Shown one piece after another: positions 57,673-64,000 of a stretch of 64,000 nt of DNA. The notes under the pieces are model-generated. The model was not told where the DNA came from and ran no database searches. It saw only the letters and a program-made list of their open reading frames with translations. This DNA comes from Smithellaceae bacterium. Its GTDB lineage: Bacteria; Desulfobacterota; Syntrophia; Syntrophales; Smithellaceae. Both the position numbers and the translations under genes were made by a program. The stretch covers positions 224,001 through 288,000 of the forward strand of contig CAXXVL010000001.1 of the NCBI GenBank assembly GCA_963667845.2, read 5' to 3'. Numbering within the stretch: position 1 is the first letter of the stretch; each line of letters opens with the position of its first letter.

Positions 57673-57849
57673 GCAGTTACGCCGGGGCGTGACTGCGCGA
57701 ATCATGGCCGAGACGTTGTGGCGCTTGGCGAGGCGGAGCGTCAGGCAGCCGAGCTGTTTGAGCCCGGAGGGCGAGTTTTCGGCTGCAGCGAAGCAAGCTC
57801 AGCGCCACAGTCGAGGACATTGAGCGAAGGCATGCCCCGGTGTAACTGC
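57673..57849 (+). other. 177-nt nested imperfect hairpin (ncRNA or MITE-like)
   Basis: 19-bp terminal stem with two G-U pairs; inner 9-bp and 8-bp perfect stems. Confidence 0.7.
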
Positions 57850-57886
57850 AATCTTTTAGAAAAGTAACGCTGATAGAATCGCGTTA

Positions 57887-58029
57887 GAGATTGCCACAGC
57901 GCGCAAGGCGCGCTTCGCAATGACAGAAGGGGATTGCCAAGGCGCGGCTTGCGTCGCAATAACGAAAGGGAGATTGCCACCACCACTTTGGGTGGCACGG
58001 CGGCTTCTGAGAGGAGCCTCGCAATGACA
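57887..58029 (+). repeat. Three tandem REP-like units GATTGCCA...TCGCAAT(G/A)AC
   Basis: Units at 57887-57925, 57930-57964 and 57970-58029 with variable internal hairpins. Confidence 0.8.
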
Positions 58030-58038
58030 GAAGGCTGA

Positions 58039-58815
58039 TCAGGCGGCCGACGCCGCCAGGCGGGCGGCGCCGATGGCCCCGGTCATCTGGGCATGCGGCG
58101 AAACATCAATGGAATATCCCAGCGCCCCTTCGAGAGCTTTGACGACGCCGATGTTTTTAGCGACGCCGCCGGTCATCATGATGGATGAGGCGGAAGCGAT
58201 GCCCAGGCGGGCAGCCATAGCGGCTACCCGGGAGGCAATCGCCTTATGGATTCCGGCGATGATGTTTTCCCTTTTTTCCCCGCGGGCGATGAGCGAAACG
58301 ACTTCCGACTCTGCAAATACCGCGCAGAGGCTGCTGATGCCGGCCGGGTTGTCCGCTGTAAGCGATAGGGCTCCAAAGTCATCCAGATTGACCTCGAGAG
58401 CCCTGGCCATAACTTCCAGAAAGCGTCCTGTTCCGGCGGCGCATTTATCGTTCATGATGAAATTGGCCACGTTTCCGCCCTCGCCGAGCATAATGGCTTT
58501 GCTGTCCTGGCCGCCGATGTCGATGACGGCCCGGACGGCCGGGTTCAAGTGGCGGGCTCCTGCGGCATGGCACATAATTTCGGTGAAGGTGCGGGTCGCA
58601 AACGGCACGCTCGCGCGGCCGTAGCCGGTTGCCACAATGCCCCGGATCTCTTCCGGGCTCACGTGATGATCCGCAAGCAGCTGCTCGTAGATCGTGTGCG
58701 CGGCCGCTCCGGCATTGTAGCCGGTAAAACAGGCCGTGGCGGCGACGAGGGCATCGCCTCGCATCAGCGCCGCCTTCGCCGTCACGGACCCGATATCAAT
58801 GCCGACAGTGTACAT
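58039..58815 (-). CDS. ASKHA ATPase activator (HgdC/BadG/BcrA-D family)
   Basis: GIDIGSVTAK, ATGYGR, EIMCH, IDIGGQDSK, MNDKCAAGTGRFLE, CAVFAESE. Confidence 0.95.
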   Translation of the reverse strand: MYTVGIDIGSVTAKAALMRGDALVAATACFTGYNAGAAAHTIYEQLLADHHVSPEEIRGIVATGYGRASVPFATRTFTEIMCHAAGARHLNPAVRAVIDIGGQDSKAIMLGEGGNVANFIMNDKCAAGTGRFLEVMARALEVNLDDFGALSLTADNPAGISSLCAVFAESEVVSLIARGEKRENIIAGIHKAIASRVAAMAARLGIASASSIMMTGGVAKNIGVVKALEGALGYSIDVSPHAQMTGAIGAARLAASAA

Positions 58816-58816
58816 G

Positions 58817-60058
58817 TCAGGCTGCTCCCTTACTGGCCCGGATCATCTCCATGAAGGCCTCGATCCGCGTTTGAATCTGCGCCTCGGAGAAATTCCGTTC
58901 ATCGCACATGTCGGCCTCGAGCATCAGCGAGGGGATGCCCCGTTCGCGCTCGACAATTTTCTGGATGTCATACTGTCCGAAGGAATAGGGTTTGCAGCTG
59001 CGGTTGGAGTGCATGACGATTCCGTCGGCCCCATATTTGTCGATCATCGCGAGGACGATATCGGCCATTTTGTCAACGCCGATGTTCAAATAAATGCGCG
59101 TATAGGATTCTGCCGCGGAGCCGATAAAGTCACTTTCATTGATGTATTTCAGCGAGCCGCACCAGGCCGAGGTGTACGTGTCGGCCACCAGGCAGGCGTC
59201 ATGCTTGGCAAATTCCTTAGACAGCCATTTCAGCCGGTACCAGATGGGCAGGTTGTCCCACAAGAGCCGGTAGCGCTCGCGCGGGATGGCGCCTTGCCCC
59301 GCTGCTGCCCTTCGGCGCATTTCATCGCGCAGCCCCGTGTAGAAGTCGATCGTCGTGCTGGTTCCCCGGAGCGTGACGATCAGCGCAAGGTAAAAGAAAG
59401 CGTCGAAGGCGGTGAGGGGTGACGGACGACTTATGGCCGTGTCCAGCACTTCCTGCCAGAGCAGTTGCCCCTCGTAAGAGATTTTGCCGACTTCCTTCAT
59501 GCGGTCCCGATCCATCTTGCGGCCGCAGACACCCTCCAGAAAGAGAATGTACTCCTCCATCTGCCGCTGCACATATTTTCTCATCTCTCCCGAAAATTCG
59601 GTGTGGACGATGGGTGTATCGAAAATGAACAGGGGCACTTTGAAGTACCGGGCCTGAATCTCATACCATTTGAGAACGGTCCCGCAGATGTTGTTGCAGC
59701 ACACCAGCATGTCCGGCTCGGGCAGGCCGCCGATGGGGCCGCCGTTGACAGTTGCGCAGGAAATGTCGCCCCGGGCGTAAGAGCACAGATCACTCGAATA
59801 GCCCATCTCCTCGGCCTTCTTGCACAGATCGACGCCCATCTTGCTGGCGCCGATCATGGCTCCATGGTTTTCGGGATAAACGGGAATCACGTCCATGGCG
59901 ATAAGGGGCTCCACCGGGCCGCCGCTCGTGATCCACGCCACCAGTTTTTTATTCTGCCGCGCCGTTTTGGCCTCGATATAATACGTGGTCATGATATCCC
60001 GCATCTGCTTTTCGTAGTTGACGGGTTTCTTTTCAGTGTCTTCGGTATTTTCTTTCAT
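58817..60058 (-). CDS. 2-hydroxyacyl-CoA dehydratase / benzoyl-CoA reductase B-like subunit
   Basis: YPENHGA, DLCSY, NNICGTVLKWYE, HSNRSCKPYS, TRIEAFME. Confidence 0.9.
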   Translation of the reverse strand: MKENTEDTEKKPVNYEKQMRDIMTTYYIEAKTARQNKKLVAWITSGGPVEPLIAMDVIPVYPENHGAMIGASKMGVDLCKKAEEMGYSSDLCSYARGDISCATVNGGPIGGLPEPDMLVCCNNICGTVLKWYEIQARYFKVPLFIFDTPIVHTEFSGEMRKYVQRQMEEYILFLEGVCGRKMDRDRMKEVGKISYEGQLLWQEVLDTAISRPSPLTAFDAFFYLALIVTLRGTSTTIDFYTGLRDEMRRRAAAGQGAIPRERYRLLWDNLPIWYRLKWLSKEFAKHDACLVADTYTSAWCGSLKYINESDFIGSAAESYTRIYLNIGVDKMADIVLAMIDKYGADGIVMHSNRSCKPYSFGQYDIQKIVERERGIPSLMLEADMCDERNFSEAQIQTRIEAFMEMIRASKGAA

Positions 60059-60070
60059 GGGATCTCCTTT

Positions 60071-61192
60071 TCACAGCATTTCTAAGAAAGCTTCAAAGCG
60101 GGTTTTCAATTGTCCTCCGGCAGGCAGTGAGTCATCCATTTCCACAACCATGAGCGGAACGCCGGCGCGATCGAGATGCTCTTTGACGTAGGGGTAGTCG
60201 AAGGCATGGGGATCGCAGAACTTGAACAAAAGGAAAATGACTCCCGCGGCGTTCTTCTCTTTGGCCAGACCCACGAGATGTTTGGCGCGTCCTTCGAGGT
60301 CGGCATGCTTTGCGGGACAGACGATCCGGTTCATAAGCCTCTCGCCGATCGCGGAAACCGGATTGCCGCCGGCTTCAATCATGCCGGTGAAATAGCGCGC
60401 GCCCGTGCAGAAATCATCCCAGACCAGGCCGCCACCCGCTTCTTCGATCATGCCGTAGATGTCGGGCTGGTTGCACATGCCGCCCGCAAGCAGGATGCGC
60501 TTCACGGCGACAGGTTTTGCCCCGGCCGCGCGCTCTTTCAAGTCCGCGGCTGTCTCGGGCAGCATCGTTGCCAGCCGGTCCCGGTCCATAATCATGGAGG
60601 CGCGAACGATGGCATATAAATCATCACCCGGCATGAGCCGGGGATGCAGGTTGCGGATGTCGTAGATCTCCCGGATGGCCTGACGGATGGTGTTGGTGGT
60701 CGCAATCGCCTTTTGCAGGGCCTCATCGGAAATCTCAACATTCAGTTTTCCGGCCAGGTCCTCCCGGAATTTCTGCAGGACATCCATCATATAGTCTTTT
60801 GCGCTGGCCGTATCGAGCTTGACGGGCAGGGTGATATCCAGATGGAAGCCGAAGGGGATATTCATCCGCCAGATGTCGGACAGACGCTGCATGGAATCGC
60901 AGGTGTGCGGGAAGACCATTCCGTCGAGAACGTCGACCCTCCCGGACAGGCCTTCCTCCAGAATCCCGCGGACCGGGGAGCAGCAGTAGGACTGCAGGTG
61001 AGAGTCGGCCAGGCTGATGTGCTGTTTCGTTCCGAAAAGCCTCATGGGATGAGCCCCCGCAGCGAGGATGACTTCCTCGGGCGCGTAGGAGCAGGTGTAT
61101 CCGATGATCTTTCTGCCGGTTTCTTTTTTCAGTTGTCGGGCGTAGCCTTCGGGATCAGAGACGGCCCGGCGGTATTCTTCCAGATGGTTCAT
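60071..61192 (-). CDS. 2-hydroxyacyl-CoA dehydratase / benzoyl-CoA reductase C-like subunit
   Basis: YAPEEVILAAG, SYCCS, HTCDS, DDFCTG, KFCDPHAFDYP, TRFEAFLEM. Confidence 0.9.
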   Translation of the reverse strand: MNHLEEYRRAVSDPEGYARQLKKETGRKIIGYTCSYAPEEVILAAGAHPMRLFGTKQHISLADSHLQSYCCSPVRGILEEGLSGRVDVLDGMVFPHTCDSMQRLSDIWRMNIPFGFHLDITLPVKLDTASAKDYMMDVLQKFREDLAGKLNVEISDEALQKAIATTNTIRQAIREIYDIRNLHPRLMPGDDLYAIVRASMIMDRDRLATMLPETAADLKERAAGAKPVAVKRILLAGGMCNQPDIYGMIEEAGGGLVWDDFCTGARYFTGMIEAGGNPVSAIGERLMNRIVCPAKHADLEGRAKHLVGLAKEKNAAGVIFLLFKFCDPHAFDYPYVKEHLDRAGVPLMVVEMDDSLPAGGQLKTRFEAFLEML

Positions 61193-62901
61193 TATTTTCC
61201 TCCTGTAAATTTTCCCGCTTTGCGGAGTTTTTCAATTTCTCGCTTCTCCAGTTCGGTATACGCAATCTTGCCGACTTTTGTCAAAGGCAGTTTGTCCGTG
61301 AACTCCACCTCACGCGGGCAGGACCACTTGATCAGGGAATCGCGGCAGTAGTTGATCAGCATCTTCTCCATTTCGGCAGACGCCTTGGTCGCGTCCTTGA
61401 GGACAACGAAGGCTTTGACTTTTTCCACCTGAGCCTCATCGGGCACGCCGATCACGCAGACGGCCGCCACATCCGGATGCTTGTCCAGAACGGCCTCCAC
61501 CTGAACAGGATAGACATTCATCCCGGAAGACTTGATCATCCGTTTGAGACGCAGCTTGAAATAGAAATAGCCGTCCGCGTCCATGGTGAAAATGTCTCCA
61601 GTGTGGAGCCAGAGCCGTCCGTCCGCATGCGTCTTGAGGACCTCGGCGGTTTCTTCCGGCTGTTCCAGATAGCCCATCATCACGGCGGGTCCGCTCACGC
61701 AGAGTTCTCCCTCAAGGCCCACGGGGACCTCTTCGGTGGTGCCGATGCCGACCACCTTGGCCAGCATATCCGGGAACGGAATGCCCACGCTGCCTTCCCG
61801 GTAGCCGTCAATCGGCGTCGACATGATCGCGGTGACGGCCTCGGTCAGACCGTATCCTTCGACCAGCTGAACGTTTCCACCCTGCTTCCTGACGATCTCT
61901 TCAAACCTTTCCTTGACCGTTCGCGGCAGCGAATCGGCTCCGGAGGATGTATTTTTCAAACAGCTCAGTTCCGTGCTCCGGAACACGTCATTTTTGGCCA
62001 GCGCATCATAAAGCGTCGGGACGCCGACGATGATATTGGGGCGTTTTTTCTGAATGAGATCGGCCACGATCTCCGGTGTAAACTGGGGGACGAGAACACT
62101 TTTGCTTCCCCCCATAAAAGCGGCGTTGCAGCAAACGCCCAGACCGAAGCCGTGGAAAATGGGCAGAATCGCCAGGATGGATGAATCCTCGGCCATCAGT
62201 TCACCGCCGCCCCAGTTGGCGACCATCAATCCCTCGCTGATGAAATTGTAGTTGGAGAGCATGATCCCTTTGGGGAAGCCCGTCGTGCCGCCGCTGTAGA
62301 GGATGACGGCCATTTCGTCGGTATGCATATCCGTTTTCGGCACCTCAGGATGCGGGGCGGTCATGAGATCTTTCCACCACCGCACAGCCGGCCCTGCGGT
62401 CGGCGCGGGCTTTTCCGCCAAGGGCTGTCCCTGGGTAAGCTGGTCGAAGATTTCCGTCAGGATGACGAGCTCGAGGGGCGTTTTCTCCGGAAGATTTTTA
62501 AAGCTGTCATGAAAGAGGTCGAGGGTGAGGGCGACCCGGCTTTTGCTGACGTTCAGATAATAGGCGATTTCGGCGGGCGTGGAGAGCGGATGGATCATGC
62601 TGGCCACCACCCCCAATTTATTCGCGGCATAAAAGCAAATGACGCCCTGGGGGGACGTCGGCATGGAGATCGTGATGCGGTCATCCTTCTTCAGGCCAAG
62701 CGTTGCCAGCGCATTGGCGCAAATGTCGATGTCCTTGGCAAACTGGCGGTAAGTTGAAGTGTAATCGAAAAAATCATACGCGATGCGGTCCGGATTTTTT
62801 TCAACCGTTTGCATCAGTGCTTCGTACATTGTCACGCGAGGATAGTCGATCGTCTCCGGTACATTCTTATAAAATTTTAACCAGGGCTTTTGAGTGGGCA
62901 T
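61192..62901 (-). CDS. Long-chain acyl-CoA ligase (FadD-like)
   Basis: YSGGTTGFPKG, EGYGLTE, WLHTGD, PLTKVGK. Confidence 0.95.
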   Translation of the reverse strand: MPTQKPWLKFYKNVPETIDYPRVTMYEALMQTVEKNPDRIAYDFFDYTSTYRQFAKDIDICANALATLGLKKDDRITISMPTSPQGVICFYAANKLGVVASMIHPLSTPAEIAYYLNVSKSRVALTLDLFHDSFKNLPEKTPLELVILTEIFDQLTQGQPLAEKPAPTAGPAVRWWKDLMTAPHPEVPKTDMHTDEMAVILYSGGTTGFPKGIMLSNYNFISEGLMVANWGGGELMAEDSSILAILPIFHGFGLGVCCNAAFMGGSKSVLVPQFTPEIVADLIQKKRPNIIVGVPTLYDALAKNDVFRSTELSCLKNTSSGADSLPRTVKERFEEIVRKQGGNVQLVEGYGLTEAVTAIMSTPIDGYREGSVGIPFPDMLAKVVGIGTTEEVPVGLEGELCVSGPAVMMGYLEQPEETAEVLKTHADGRLWLHTGDIFTMDADGYFYFKLRLKRMIKSSGMNVYPVQVEAVLDKHPDVAAVCVIGVPDEAQVEKVKAFVVLKDATKASAEMEKMLINYCRDSLIKWSCPREVEFTDKLPLTKVGKIAYTELEKREIEKLRKAGKFTGGK

Positions 62902-62951
62902 ATTTCTTCTCCTTTATGTGATAGATGCTCGCCTTTTTTGCGCTGATTGAG

Positions 62952-62967
62952 AGCAGATTTCATGCCA
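62952..62967 (-). promoter_or_regulatory. Sigma-54 (-24/-12) promoter of the ligase-dehydratase operon
   Basis: TGGCATGAAATCTGCT has GG-N10-GC spacing, ~50 bp upstream of ATG 62901, divergent from a sigma-54 activator. Confidence 0.8.
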
Positions 62968-63080
62968 TATCATAAGGTGTTGAAATAACAACAGGGTTGA
63001 TATATGGGCCCTGATTTTGCCCTAAAAGATGTTGCATAATGCAAAAGAGCTGCTAATAGAAAAAAGCCAAAGGAGCAAAA

Positions 63081-64000
63081 GTGGACCCGATCAAGAAATA
63101 TCTGACGAAAGATATCGACGTCCTGCTGAATTGTATCGACGAGGCCATTTTAATCGTCGGCCGCGACGGCAGCATTCTGGGCTACAACGAGAATTTAAGC
63201 AGACTGACCGATCTGATGGGCCGATCGATCATCGGGATGAATATGAAGGATATCGTGGCGAGCGGAATGCTGAGAGAATCCGCCGCGCTCAAATGTCTGG
63301 AAGTCAAAAAGAAAATCGACATGAACATCACTTACGAAACGGGACAGACGGCCACCTGGACGTATATTCCGGTATTCGATGAACGAGGTGAACTCGCTTT
63401 GGTCGTCGGGACCGGCCGGGACATGACCAAACTCGTCTCCCTGGAAAAGAAACTCAAGATTACCGAAACCATCATATCCCAGTATGAGGGCAGAAACTTA
63501 AAGATGATCGGCGACACCGGCCGGGTGGAAATCATCTACTCCAGCGCCGTGATGCAGCAGATCATCCGTCTGGCATGGAAAGCGGCGGCCACCTCTTCCC
63601 CCGTTTTAATCTGGGGAGAAACGGGGGTCGGCAAAGAAATCGTGGCCGATTTTATTCATCAGGCAAGCCAGCGTACGGACAAGCCGTTCGTCGCCATCAA
63701 CTGCGCCTCCATCCCCGATGAACTTCTGGAAGCGGAATTATTCGGCTATGAAGAAGGTTCATTTACCGGCGCTAAAAGAAGCGGCAAGCAGGGTCTTTTG
63801 GAAGAGGCCCAGGGAGGGACGCTCTTTTTGGATGAAATCGGCGAACTGCCCATGAAAATGCAGAGCAAATTATTGCGGTTTCTTCAAGAAGGCAAATTCA
63901 AGAAGATCGGCGGCGTGAAGACACAGGCGGTAGACGTCCGCATCCTTTGCGCGACCAATCTCACCATGGACCAGCTGATGAACAGCAAGCACTTCCGCCA
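63081..64000 (+). CDS. PAS-domain sigma-54-dependent transcriptional activator (3'-partial)
   Basis: Manual translation from GTG 63081 after AAGGAG: PAS, WGETGVGKE, AINCASIP, ELFGYEEGSFTGA, LFLDEIGE. Confidence 0.93.
   Translation, partial: MDPIKKYLTKDIDVLLNCIDEAILIVGRDGSILGYNENLSRLTDLMGRSIIGMNMKDIVASGMLRESAALKCLEVKKKIDMNITYETGQTATWTYIPVFDERGELALVVGTGRDMTKLVSLEKKLKITETIISQYEGRNLKMIGDTGRVEIIYSSAVMQQIIRLAWKAAATSSPVLIWGETGVGKEIVADFIHQASQRTDKPFVAINCASIPDELLEAELFGYEEGSFTGAKRSGKQGLLEEAQGGTLFLDEIGELPMKMQSKLLRFLQEGKFKKIGGVKTQAVDVRILCATNLTMDQLMNSKHFR

Noticed and set aside
57673..57849. Long hairpin as an integron attC site
   Set aside because: The ends read GTTAC...GTAAC, the opposite of the RYYYAAC...GTTRRRY arrangement; no integrase or cassette array is present.
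58039..61192. Anaerobic plasmalogen synthase PlsA/PlsR linked to the CarF-like gene
   Set aside because: The activator is a single 258-aa domain, not the large fused double-activator architecture, and it lies 37 kb from the CarF-like gene.

Overview
64 kb of ordinary bacterial chromosome. The gene content (acyl-CoA ligases and dehydrogenase, a 2-hydroxyacyl-CoA dehydratase/benzoyl-CoA reductase-like operon, a Mo-oxidoreductase, PAS and sigma-54 regulators) suggests an anaerobic deltaproteobacterium, probably Syntrophales-like; this is inferred from gene content only. About 50 CDS are supported. I saw no rRNA, tRNA, CRISPR array or transposase. The best candidate for an undescribed system is a minus-strand cluster at 9680-17672: TolC, a membrane-fusion protein carrying a cytoplasmic PAS plus coiled-coil domain, a split MacB-type ATPase and permease, two small Sec-exported Cys-rich proteins, and an Lnt N-acyltransferase paralogue. 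The second candidate is a secreted LRR plus permuted NlpC/P60 (YiiX-like) fusion with a propeller-like partner (39601-43722). The intergenic DNA holds several repeat families: four IS200/IS605-end-like hairpin elements, two duplicated ~100-bp segments, REP-like nests and a 177-nt hairpin. There is also a frameshifted gene, a duplicated MFS fragment and a probable ATT start. All family assignments come from motif recognition by eye; no searches were run.
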